From a virus, in IMG/VR virus record IMGVR_UViG_3300036790_000425, positions 32,001 to 96,000 of that record: 64,000 nt of DNA; one strand, 5' to 3'. The notes under the pieces were generated by a model that did not search any database, was not told the origin of the DNA, and saw only the letters and a program-made list of their open reading frames with translations. The translations under genes were made by a program, and so were the position numbers. Position 1 is the stretch's first letter. Each line of letters begins with the position of its first letter. This document shows positions 44,394-52,319 of this stretch, piece by piece.

Positions 44394-44795
44394 TCAGGCC
44401 TTCTTCGCCGGGGGCTCGTTCTGGATCAGGCCGAACATCTTCGCCTGAACCACGACGAGCTGCATGATCAGGTCCAGCCGCTCGTCGCTGATGTCCCCGA
44501 ACGAGCGCAGGCTGCGGGCCATCGGCTCGAAGTCGGCCAGGGTGAAGACCCGCGCCGAGACCTCGTCCTCCGGGTCGCGCCGCAGGAAGGTCATCGCCTG
44601 GCCGCCCGCGTCCACGAACGAGGTCATCGGCCGCTCGGGCTTGGCCGTCATCTTCAGCCGCAGCCAGGACGGCGACATGCCGAAGACAACCTTGGCCACC
44701 TCGTGCACGCTGTAGAACGGCCCCTGGCGGCGCTCCCACTTCTGATCAAAGATCATCTTCTCGGTGACCAGGGGATGCGGGGTCTTTCGGGTCAT
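44394..44795 (-). CDS. HTH DNA-binding protein
   Basis: FYSVHEVAKVVFGMSPSWLR...R.FTLAD.E. Confidence 0.6.
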   Translation of the reverse strand: MTRKTPHPLVTEKMIFDQKWERRQGPFYSVHEVAKVVFGMSPSWLRLKMTAKPERPMTSFVDAGGQAMTFLRRDPEDEVSARVFTLADFEPMARSLRSFGDISDERLDLIMQLVVVQAKMFGLIQNEPPAKKA

Positions 44796-44865
44796 GTCGG
44801 GCCTTCCTCGGCTCATGCGCAGGGCCCCGGGCTCCTGTCCCCGGGGCCCTGCGCCGTCTGGGCTG

Positions 44866-45645
44866 CTACTTCGTCGGCGGGTAGAGCGAGGCCCCGGCCC
44901 GGCCGCGGGCGGTGATCGCCTTCAGGATCTGGAGTCCCCGTCCCGGGGCCCTCCGGATCGCGGCGGCGATCTTCTCGTCATCCAGCACCCGGGTCTCCCG
45001 GGTGAAGGACAGGTACTCGGCGCGGGTGACCGTGCCGTCCTGCTCCAGCTGCTCCAGGGCGGACAGGTCCTTGGTGACCTTCCCGGACACGAAGCGCTGC
45101 TGCCAGCTGTGCTCGAAGCCCTCGACCCCGGTCTCGTAGGGAGCCTCGGGACGGGCCAGCAGGTAGTGGCCGGCCGCGATGCCGCTCGGCACCCGCTGGG
45201 TGGCGGGCCTCAGGATGGCGCCCCCGCGCTGCTGCGCGGCGGCCAGTGCGATGCCCCTGCCCTCGGCGTCCACGTCCATGTGCATCCGGATCAGCTCAGC
45301 GATCTCGTCGGCACGCTTGCCCAGGGGCTTGGTGACGGCGCTGATCGCCTCGTGCTCGCGGGTGACGACCTTCAGCTCCTCCTCGGTCAGCACGCGCCGC
45401 TTATCGGCGTGCACGGACCCGAACAGGGCGGGCAGGTCCTTCAGGGCACTGAGGACCTGCGGGGTGTCCTTGACCGGCTTGGGCGGGCTCGGGAACGACT
45501 CGGCCTCCGGGGCCGGGACAGCCGGTCCGGCCAGGGCGTCAGCCAGCGTGGCTACCGTCCAGGCGTGTCCGCCCTCCACCAGTGCCAGATCGCCGGAGGC
45601 TACCTGCGCGAGGGCAGTGCCACGAGCGGTCTCGGTTGCGGTCAT
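44866..45645 (-). CDS. conserved-type hypothetical phage protein
   Basis: RBS GAAAGGA; first gene after promoter 45688-45717. Confidence 0.75.
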   Translation of the reverse strand: MTATETARGTALAQVASGDLALVEGGHAWTVATLADALAGPAVPAPEAESFPSPPKPVKDTPQVLSALKDLPALFGSVHADKRRVLTEEELKVVTREHEAISAVTKPLGKRADEIAELIRMHMDVDAEGRGIALAAAQQRGGAILRPATQRVPSGIAAGHYLLARPEAPYETGVEGFEHSWQQRFVSGKVTKDLSALEQLEQDGTVTRAEYLSFTRETRVLDDEKIAAAIRRAPGRGLQILKAITARGRAGASLYPPTK

Positions 45646-45687
45646 GATCTTCGGTCCTTTCGGTCGCGGTGTGGTGCGTGTGTCTCC

Positions 45688-45717
45688 AGATTAGCAAGAA
45701 AACCTGTATCACGTCAA
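45688..45717 (-). promoter_or_regulatory. sigma70-type promoter with box
   Basis: TTGACG-TGATACAGGTTTTCTTGC-TAATCT. Confidence 0.75.
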
Positions 45718-45751
45718 GCAGGGCGGGACACGCGCCGTGTCCCGCCCTGCT
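45717..45751 (-). terminator. hairpin abutting the promoter
   Basis: 15-bp perfect stem AGCAGGGCGGGACAC/GTGTCCCGCCCTGCT. Confidence 0.65.
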
Positions 45752-45759
45752 AGCTGTCC

Positions 45760-46134
45760 TCAGCCACTGAACTGGCGGCCCTTCCGGGGCGCGAAGCCGA
45801 GGCGGACCGCGTTGGCGGACTCGGGGATCACGATCATCCGCTCTCCCGAGCCCTCGTTGCCCTTGACGTACAGCTCGCCCTCCAGCATCCGGACGTTGAA
45901 GGTGCTGTCGAACCCCATCCCGCCGAAGCGGACATCGGCGGCCCGGCCGAGCGGCCGGGGGACAGCGCCGTAGGCGTCCGCGAAGGTGTCGCTGTCCGCC
46001 GGGCCGGCAGCCAGGGTGGCCCTAGCGTGCGCCAGGTCCTGCTCCAGACGCTGGATGTAGAAGCGGACCTGCCGGGGCAGCCGCGCGATCGCGTCCTCGC
46101 TGAGAGCGCCCTCGGGGCGCTGGTACTGAGTCAT
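45760..46134 (-). CDS. hypothetical early protein
   Basis: RBS AGGAGG, own promoter. Confidence 0.75.
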   Translation of the reverse strand: MTQYQRPEGALSEDAIARLPRQVRFYIQRLEQDLAHARATLAAGPADSDTFADAYGAVPRPLGRAADVRFGGMGFDSTFNVRMLEGELYVKGNEGSGERMIVIPESANAVRLGFAPRKGRQFSG

Positions 46135-46176
46135 GGCCGGCCTCCTGAGCCTGTTTCGTCTTCCCTTGCTCTGCCG

Positions 46177-46205
46177 ACCTTAGCAAGAAAAGCTGTATTG
46201 AGCAA
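46177..46205 (-). promoter_or_regulatory. sigma70-type promoter with box and conserved GCAAGGGAAGACGA leader
   Basis: TTGCTC-AATACAGCTTTTCTTGC-TAAGGT. Confidence 0.75.
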
Positions 46206-46206
46206 G

Positions 46207-46422
46207 CTACCGGCAGCGCTGCCGGTGCAGCCTCCGGGCTTCCCCGGTCATCCGGATGGCGTTGCCGGAGGCCACGCCCAGGATGATGAGGGAGAACCCG
46301 AGGACGCCCAGCGTGCTGCCGGCCTGGTGCCAGATGATCATGCGCCAGATGATGACACCCGTCCCGGCCAGGGACAGTGCCGCCATGTAAGCCCAGACCA
46401 TCAGGGCTGTCCGGTTGCGCAC
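46207..46422 (-). CDS. small two-TM membrane protein
   Basis: two hydrophobic helices; RBS GGAGGGG. Confidence 0.6.
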   Translation of the reverse strand: MRNRTALMVWAYMAALSLAGTGVIIWRMIIWHQAGSTLGVLGFSLIILGVASGNAIRMTGEARRLHRQRCR

Positions 46423-46706
46423 GTGACCCCCTCCCTCAGCAGGGCGGCGGCCCGGCAGGCCCGCAGGTACCCGGGGCTGTCACTGTCGTGCATCCGGCGG
46501 ATCGCGATGTCTCCCCACAGGCCCGCCAGCCGCTCGCTCACGCCGGCCTCCCCGGCCTTGTCCTCCAGGTCGGCCTGAGCCTCCTCCAGCTGGCACACGA
46601 CCTCCTCGAACTTCTCCCGGGCCCACTTCGGCAGCCGGGTGAACTTCCGGCGCTCATCAGCGGTCAGGATGGCCAGCACGCTCTCGTCGATGTAGACCTC
46701 AGCCAC
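46401..46706 (-). CDS. hypothetical protein
   Basis: GTG after GGAGG; RLPKWA motif paralogous to RLPRQV in 45760-46134. Confidence 0.55.
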   Translation of the reverse strand: MAEVYIDESVLAILTADERRKFTRLPKWAREKFEEVVCQLEEAQADLEDKAGEAGVSERLAGLWGDIAIRRMHDSDSPGYLRACRAAALLREGVTCATGQP

Positions 46707-47517
46707 CGGGCTCGTCCTCCCGCAGGCCGTTGTGCCCGGGCTGCTCGCAGTCGGGGTCGCCGCAGGACGGCATCCGCCTGCCGGCGGGCAGGGCGGCCCG
46801 GACGATGGCATCATCCAGGACCGACTCGATGGCAGACTCCGCGCTGACCCGCATGGCCAGCACCCGGTCGCTGGGGGTAGCAGCGGCCGGGTGCTCCGCG
46901 CTCATCGCGTCGTAAAGCGAGTCGTCGTGACGGAGCAGGCGGCCGATGACGGCGTCATCGGAGGCCCGGTGAACGCTGACGACGGCCAGGCCGTCACCGC
47001 CCCAGGACAGCCGGGCCACGACGGTGCCGCCGCGCAGCACCTGGGACCGGCGGATGGTGATGGTCACGGGCTCTCCTCTCGTGGTGTACCGGCCGGCGCT
47101 GTCACGCAGCGCCTCGGCCAGCGGGATGATGCCGCAGCTCGGGCAGCAGCGGCTGGCGCCGCCCATGACCTTGTGGCGGCGCTCCTCGGCCCGGTCGCCG
47201 GGCCAGGTGCGGGCCAGGTGCCAGGTGGCGCCGTGACTGCGGGCGATCCGCAGGAACTTCGCGCCGCCGCTGGTCCGGTGGTCGATCATGCGCTGCTCCA
47301 GCCGGCCCTGTCGGCAGTGCCCGTAGTAGTGCCGCAGGGCCAGGTGACCGCGCAGGTCCTCGCCCGGCCGGGCCAGCCGCACGCGCTGGCCCCTGTCGAA
47401 CAGCAGCGCGCGGTCCAGGTGGATCAGGTAGACGGTGCCGCGCGGGTCCTCCTGGGGCACCAGTGCCGGGTCCAGGCCGCGGAGGCACGGGACGGGGTCC
47501 AGCAGGACGGCGGCCAC
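46699..47517 (-). CDS. GIY-YIG-like nuclease fused in frame to a second domain with its own RBS/GTG (47067)
   Basis: TVYLIH...HYYG...L.QR...H..GGAK...W.LARTW...E...K. Confidence 0.6.
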   Translation of the reverse strand: MAAVLLDPVPCLRGLDPALVPQEDPRGTVYLIHLDRALLFDRGQRVRLARPGEDLRGHLALRHYYGHCRQGRLEQRMIDHRTSGGAKFLRIARSHGATWHLARTWPGDRAEERRHKVMGGASRCCPSCGIIPLAEALRDSAGRYTTRGEPVTITIRRSQVLRGGTVVARLSWGGDGLAVVSVHRASDDAVIGRLLRHDDSLYDAMSAEHPAAATPSDRVLAMRVSAESAIESVLDDAIVRAALPAGRRMPSCGDPDCEQPGHNGLREDEPGG

Positions 47518-47520
47518 GGC

Positions 47521-47856
47521 TCAGGCCTCCTGGCCCTGCTCGATGCGGGTCCACTCGCCGTCCGCCAGGTGCAGCAGGGGCGCCAGCTCGCGGGTGACGG
47601 TGTGGGCGAAGGGCAGCTTCAGCAGCCGGCCGCAGCTGACGGCCGCGCTCTTGCTGGCCTGCGTCAGGTCCGCGGCCGAGGTGCCGTTCAGCATGCCCGG
47701 CTGCTGGGTCCCGTGAGTCAGGCAGCGGGTGCTCGCCCAGCCGCTCACGTGGTAGGGCAGCAGCTCGATGACGTGGCGCTCGCGGCGGCCGGACCCCTGG
47801 TACTTCACGATCACAGTCTGCTGGTGGTTCTTCCCGTGCATCCCGGCCTTGGTCAT
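47521..47856 (-). CDS. hypothetical protein, probably leaderless
   Basis: ATG 6 nt after the -10 box. Confidence 0.7.
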   Translation of the reverse strand: MTKAGMHGKNHQQTVIVKYQGSGRRERHVIELLPYHVSGWASTRCLTHGTQQPGMLNGTSAADLTQASKSAAVSCGRLLKLPFAHTVTRELAPLLHLADGEWTRIEQGQEA

Positions 47857-47862
47857 AGGGAC

Positions 47863-47891
47863 AGCTTAGCAAGGAAAGCTGTATTAAGCAA
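47863..47891 (-). promoter_or_regulatory. sigma70-type promoter with box
   Basis: TTGCTT-AATACAGCTTTCCTTGC-TAAGCT. Confidence 0.75.
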
Positions 47892-47920
47892 GAGGCCCCG
47901 GCAGGATCGCCGGGGCCTCT
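47891..47920 (-). terminator. hairpin after ArdC-like gene
   Basis: AGAGGCCCCGGC/GCCGGGGCCTCT. Confidence 0.65.
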
Positions 47921-47931
47921 CGGAGAGCTGG

Positions 47932-48870
47932 TCAGGCCGCGGCGTCCTCCGCGATCCCGGCACTGGCCGGGGCGATGCCGGCGGCCTGCGCGGGCATCCC
48001 GTCCACGATCTGGCGGGCGGCCTTCTGGATGCGCGAGCCGGACTCCCTGATCATCTTGCGGGCCTGCCCGGGGTCGCCGCGCATCCAGCTCAGCACGTAG
48101 CCGAAGCTGTAGTCCGAGGTGTCGGCGCCGAGCGCGGCAGCCGCGATGTAGGCAACCGACTCGGCCTCCAGCTCCTTCAGCCCGGCGGGAGCCTCGCTGC
48201 TCTCGTGCAGCAGGACGTGCCCGGCCTCGTGCAGCAGGGTCTTCAGCTGGCCCATCGTGGACCGGCCATCGGTGGCGATCCGGACCCGGCGCAGGCTCCA
48301 GGTCGTGTCGCCGTTCTTGGAACCGGACTCGAAGCGGTCCACGAACTCCACGTCATAGCCGGCCGAGTTAATGAAGGCGACCGCGCGGGCGATCATGCCC
48401 TCGGGCGCCTCGCCCGTCAGCTTGCGGACCGGCCCGGGCAGCGGCTCGCCCTCGGTCTGGCTGATGTCGAATACCGGCACCGGGACGAAGAACGGGATGC
48501 GCCGGGTCTCGCCGGTCTCCTCGTCCTCGACCTTGCGGGAGGACGGGGCCCAGATCCAGATCGCGCGCTGGCGCTGGCCGGTCTCGTCCGGGCCCTTGAC
48601 GTGGCGGCCCAGGAGCAGCCAGCCCGACTTCGGCTTGCCGGTGACCTTGTCGGTCGTGCCGAAGCTGGTGACCCGGGTGGCGTGCGGGCACTGGGCCATG
48701 ATCAGCATCGAGTTGCCGAAGCTGTAGGTGTGGAAGCGGGCCTGCACGTCCAGGTAGGCCTGCCAGGTCGCGGAGGTAGCCAGCGCGTCGATGCCGGCGG
48801 CCAGCTTCTCGGTGATCTCCGCGCGGTGGTCGGTCTTGGCGCGGGCGGGCTTGCGGGTCGTCTTGGTCAT
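47932..48870 (-). CDS. ArdC-like antirestriction protein (ssDNA-binding N-domain plus zincin), probably leaderless
   Basis: W..YL....FH.YSF.N.MLI..Q.P.AT.V; W...GR.V; F..V.VFDISQTEG; LLHEAGH; ELEAESVAY; YSFGY...W. Confidence 0.85.
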   Translation of the reverse strand: MTKTTRKPARAKTDHRAEITEKLAAGIDALATSATWQAYLDVQARFHTYSFGNSMLIMAQCPHATRVTSFGTTDKVTGKPKSGWLLLGRHVKGPDETGQRQRAIWIWAPSSRKVEDEETGETRRIPFFVPVPVFDISQTEGEPLPGPVRKLTGEAPEGMIARAVAFINSAGYDVEFVDRFESGSKNGDTTWSLRRVRIATDGRSTMGQLKTLLHEAGHVLLHESSEAPAGLKELEAESVAYIAAAALGADTSDYSFGYVLSWMRGDPGQARKMIRESGSRIQKAARQIVDGMPAQAAGIAPASAGIAEDAAA

Positions 48871-48876
48871 AAGGAC

Positions 48877-48905
48877 AGCTTAGCAAGGAAAGCTGTATTG
48901 AGCAA
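48877..48905 (-). promoter_or_regulatory. sigma70-type promoter with box
   Basis: TTGCTC-AATACAGCTTTCCTTGC-TAAGCT; 48862-48906 matches 47848-47892 at 43/45. Confidence 0.75.
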
Positions 48906-48913
48906 GTACCTGA

Positions 48914-48948
48914 GAGAGGCCCCCGGCGGCGGCTGCCGGGGGCCTCTC
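48914..48948 (-). terminator. hairpin after Spd-like operon
   Basis: 14-bp stem GAGAGGCCCCCGGC/GCCGGGGGCCTCTC. Confidence 0.65.
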
Positions 48949-48958
48949 CGCGGGACCT

Positions 48959-50866
48959 TTACTGATCGCTGACCGTGTCCCACAGATCCTCGCTGGGCCG
49001 CGGGTTCTCGATCCGTTCGATCTCCTCGGCATGCTCGGAGTTGAACATGGCCCTGATCTCCTCGGCCTGCTGCACGGCCGAGGTGAACAGCCCGGTGAAC
49101 TGCTCCATCGCCTGCTTGGTCCCCGGCCCGATCGGCAGGCCGTCGGCGCTGTCCTTCAGCCCGCTGAAGGCCGCGGCGACCTCAGTCATTGACTCCGGCA
49201 TGCCGTCGAAGATGTCCCGCATCTCGCGGGTCGTGGTCGGCTGGTGGGTGGCAACGGCCGAGCTGAACTGCTCGGCCGCCGAGTGGATGACTCCTGCCAT
49301 GCCTGCTCCTCCTCCTGAGAATGCTGCGGCCGTGCCCGGCCGGCGGCGGCCGGCGAGCGGGATGCTGCCCGGGACCGTGCCCGCGGGCTCCGGCATGCGG
49401 CCGTCCTCCGGGTCCGCCCGGGTAGTCACGGGGCGCTCGGGCGGCCTGGTCCAGTACGTAGGCGGCGCCTGCCTCGCGCGGCTCCGCTTCCTCCAGAATA
49501 GCAAGAAACCTGCCAGGCCCGCGCCTGTCGCGGCGGCGGTGCCCGTCCGGCCGCCCCAGGCGCGCATCCGGGCCCTCAGCGGGGTCCGGCCGCTCCACCG
49601 GCCGGCGATGCGCCGGGCCAGCGGCGGGACGCCGCCCGGGTAGCGCTTCGCCAGCCTCGCCACGCGCCGCGCCCGGAGCCTGCTCGTCTGGGCCCGGGAC
49701 TTCCGCCGGGTCCAGGCATAGCTGTCCCGGGTCTTGATGCACGTGATGGTGCGCCACTTCCGGGCATGCCGCCACCTGCCCCCGGCTGCTGCCCTCCGGG
49801 CGTTATTAGCGGTCTTGCGGCCCTGGGCCGCCGCTACCCGGGCGTCCTTGCGCCGCTGGCGCGAGGCGTGCCTGTAGTCCCTGCGGCCCTGCCGCCCGCC
49901 GCCCTTTCCTGCCTTCCGGTTGTGCCGTGCCAGGCGGGCCGCCTGAGCGCGCTGGCGGCCGGCGGCGGTGGGGTGGCGCAGGAACCGGCCCGCGGCACGG
50001 GTGCGCCGGAGCCTCGGCGCGCCGCCGAGCGCGCCTGGCGCGGCGGCGGCAGCGGCACGGCGCGCGGTCCGGGCGGCGCGGCCCTGCGCCTTCTGGCTGC
50101 GCCGGTACTGGCGCCGCTGGCCCGGGTGGCGCATGCCCGGCCGCCCGCCGGGGAAGCCTGGCGCAGAGGTGCCGCGCCGGCCGAAGACACTGCGCCTGCC
50201 GGTCTTCGCGCCAGCGCCCGTGCCACTGCGCCGGCGGCCGGCCTGGCCCGTGGCGCGCCGTCCCGTGCCGGCTGTCCCGGCACGGCTGCGCCGGCCTCCG
50301 CCGAGCGGGTGGCGCATGGTGCGCTTGCCGCGGGCGCCGGCTCCGCCGGGGACGGAGTGACGGCCGCGCCGGGCGCCTGCCCCGGCGGCGGCGCTGCCCT
50401 TGCGGCCGGAGAACGGGTTGAGCCGGGCCAGGCCCTTCCTGCCCGCGGCGGCGGTCCCGGCGCCCTTCCTGCCGCCGGCCGCGGCGCTCAGGCGGCCCTT
50501 ACGGCCGCCCAGTCCCGCTCCGCCCCGGCCGCTGCCGAGACGGCCGCGCATGGCGCCGCCCAGCCGGCCGCGCTGCCCGCGGGTGATGGTCCGGGTCGTC
50601 CGGGTACGCCGCATCCCCGGCTTGCGCCGGTTGGCGTTGAAGTGCTGCCGGATATGCGGCAGGTAGCGGAGCACCAGGAAGCCGGCGAACAGGGCGGCAG
50701 CCGCGACGATGATGATGATCGCCGTGCCGCCGCCTGCCTTGTGAACCAGGGCGGCGACCCCGGCGACGATGAGCAGCAGGACGGTCCCGCCGCGGCGCCA
50801 CATGTGCGACCGCGGGCGGGATTCCGCCTGCTGGGCGGGGACTGTTTCCTCAGCCAACTGGGACAC
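48959..50866 (-). CDS. two-TM, Arg/Gly-rich protein with C-terminal ~113-aa helical domain (own RBS/ATG at 49300); plasmid transfer-region-like
   Basis: N-terminal TM pair; very basic low-complexity middle; C-terminal H.E.I.RIENPR..E..WD; AGGAGGAGGAG before 49300. Confidence 0.6.
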   Translation of the reverse strand: MSQLAEETVPAQQAESRPRSHMWRRGGTVLLLIVAGVAALVHKAGGGTAIIIIVAAAALFAGFLVLRYLPHIRQHFNANRRKPGMRRTRTTRTITRGQRGRLGGAMRGRLGSGRGGAGLGGRKGRLSAAAGGRKGAGTAAAGRKGLARLNPFSGRKGSAAAGAGARRGRHSVPGGAGARGKRTMRHPLGGGRRSRAGTAGTGRRATGQAGRRRSGTGAGAKTGRRSVFGRRGTSAPGFPGGRPGMRHPGQRRQYRRSQKAQGRAARTARRAAAAAAPGALGGAPRLRRTRAAGRFLRHPTAAGRQRAQAARLARHNRKAGKGGGRQGRRDYRHASRQRRKDARVAAAQGRKTANNARRAAAGGRWRHARKWRTITCIKTRDSYAWTRRKSRAQTSRLRARRVARLAKRYPGGVPPLARRIAGRWSGRTPLRARMRAWGGRTGTAAATGAGLAGFLLFWRKRSRARQAPPTYWTRPPERPVTTRADPEDGRMPEPAGTVPGSIPLAGRRRPGTAAAFSGGGAGMAGVIHSAAEQFSSAVATHQPTTTREMRDIFDGMPESMTEVAAAFSGLKDSADGLPIGPGTKQAMEQFTGLFTSAVQQAEEIRAMFNSEHAEEIERIENPRPSEDLWDTVSDQ

Positions 50867-51989
50867 CTCCGGGGATGAAGGGCTGAGCAGGGGCGATCAG
50901 GTCGCCCTGCCCGTTCGCGTGCCGGGCCGGCGGCAGCGGCCGGAGGCGCTGGGCTCGCTCGGCTCGCTCGGCGTTCAGCAGCCTCGTGCCCCAGCGCCGC
51001 TGATCGGACTCCTCGGGCGGGGCGATCATGCGGGCGACCTGGCGGTAGGTCGTGGCCGCCAGGTCAGTGTCGGACAGGCCGGCCAGCTGATCGGCCACCT
51101 CGCGCCGGCGCTCGGCGCTGACCCCGGCGGGGACCCGGGCATCGGCGCTCAGCTCAGCCGCCGCGCTGTGCACGGCGGGCACCAGGCTCAGGCGGCCTGG
51201 CGCGGCGTCCTCGTGCGCCATCGCTGGCACGTCCTCGTGCGCCATCGCTGGCGCGGCTGGCGCGGCTGGCGCGGCTGGCGCGCTCTCGATCGCTGGCACG
51301 TCCTCGCGCGCCACCACCTCCGGCACGGATGGCGCGGGCAGTGATGGCGCGGGGATGGCGCGGCGCGGCGCGTCCTCCTGGCGCGGGGGCTTGATCACGG
51401 CCGGGCCCTCGGTCATGTAGTCGCTGATGGCACGCTGCGGGCTGGTCTCGCCGTACCAGGTGGCGCGGCGCATCACCCGGAACGAGCCGACCGGGTGCCA
51501 GGCCACGCGGGTGGCTCCGAGCCGGACAGCGTGCTTCTCGATCAGGCCCTGGGCCATCAGCTTGTCGCGGCTGACCCGGCGCGAGTGCACCGACCACAGC
51601 CACGGCGAGATCGAGGACATCAGGCCGAAGATCAGCGCGGCCACGGTCGGCCGCCAGTGACTCGCGAAGTGGCTGTAGTTCATGGCGCCGACGATCAGGG
51701 CCAGCGCGTAGGACGACAGCCGCAGCCGGGCGGTCGAGTCGTTCTTCAGCTGCGCCTCGTGCGCCTGGTAGGCCAGCACGACGGCAATCAGCTCCAGGAT
51801 GACCGCCACCAGGATGACCGACCAGCGCGGCACCGGCAGGTGATCCCGCAGGTAGGCGTACTGACCGATGAAGGCCGCGATGTTCACGCCCACGATCGGG
51901 ACAGCGGTCAGGACAGCGCTCACACCATGCCGGAAGCGGTCACTCCTGATCACTTCCAGGACCTCGGCAGACCCGTCACGCATCGTCAT
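50850..51989 (-). CDS. DUF2637/Spd-like 4-TM membrane protein
   Basis: four TM helices, MNYSH, Pro/Ala linker, C-terminal helical part; RBS GAGGAGGAG. Confidence 0.65.
   Translation of the reverse strand: MTMRDGSAEVLEVIRSDRFRHGVSAVLTAVPIVGVNIAAFIGQYAYLRDHLPVPRWSVILVAVILELIAVVLAYQAHEAQLKNDSTARLRLSSYALALIVGAMNYSHFASHWRPTVAALIFGLMSSISPWLWSVHSRRVSRDKLMAQGLIEKHAVRLGATRVAWHPVGSFRVMRRATWYGETSPQRAISDYMTEGPAVIKPPRQEDAPRRAIPAPSLPAPSVPEVVAREDVPAIESAPAAPAAPAAPAMAHEDVPAMAHEDAAPGRLSLVPAVHSAAAELSADARVPAGVSAERRREVADQLAGLSDTDLAATTYRQVARMIAPPEESDQRRWGTRLLNAERAERAQRLRPLPPARHANGQGDLIAPAQPFIPGGVPVG
51206..51313. repeat. intragenic tandem repeats (24-bp x2 plus a variant, 9-bp x4)
   Basis: CGTCCTCGTGCGCCATCGCTGGC twice; GCTGGCGCG four times. 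Confidence 0.7.
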
Positions 51990-52019
51990 CTCCTCCTCGC
52001 AGTTGTCCTCAGCACATCC

Positions 52020-52048
52020 ACATTATCAAGAAAACCTGTAATCGTCGA
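52020..52048 (-). promoter_or_regulatory. promoter with box driving the Spd-like operon
   Basis: TCGACG-ATTACAGGTTTTCTTGA-TAATGT. Confidence 0.65.
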
Positions 52049-52049
52049 G

Positions 52050-52302
52050 GATCACACCTGCGGAACCCCGGTTTCCGGGGGTCAGGGACCCGCTTCGATC
52101 ACAGTCACAGTTCCTGACCTGCCCGTCCTCGAAACTGTGATCGAGTAGTGATCCGGCAGACCGTGACTGTGACTTAGCGGGGTTCCTTGCCAGGGTCAGG
52201 GGCCCCGGATCACAGCGATCTTTGTTTAGACACGGACACGATCGGTGATCACTAGCAATGAAACTGATATTTTCGACGTTATCCATAACAATGACTGATC
52301 AC
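52050..52302. repeat. cluster of GATCAC/GTGATC/GTGACT repeats upstream of traB
   Basis: copies at 52050, 52097, 52137, 52148, 52163, 52169, 52208, 52245, 52297; 11-bp inverted repeat 52095-52105/52134-52144. Confidence 0.6.
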
Positions 52303-52319
52303 TACCGGAGGAGCCGCAG

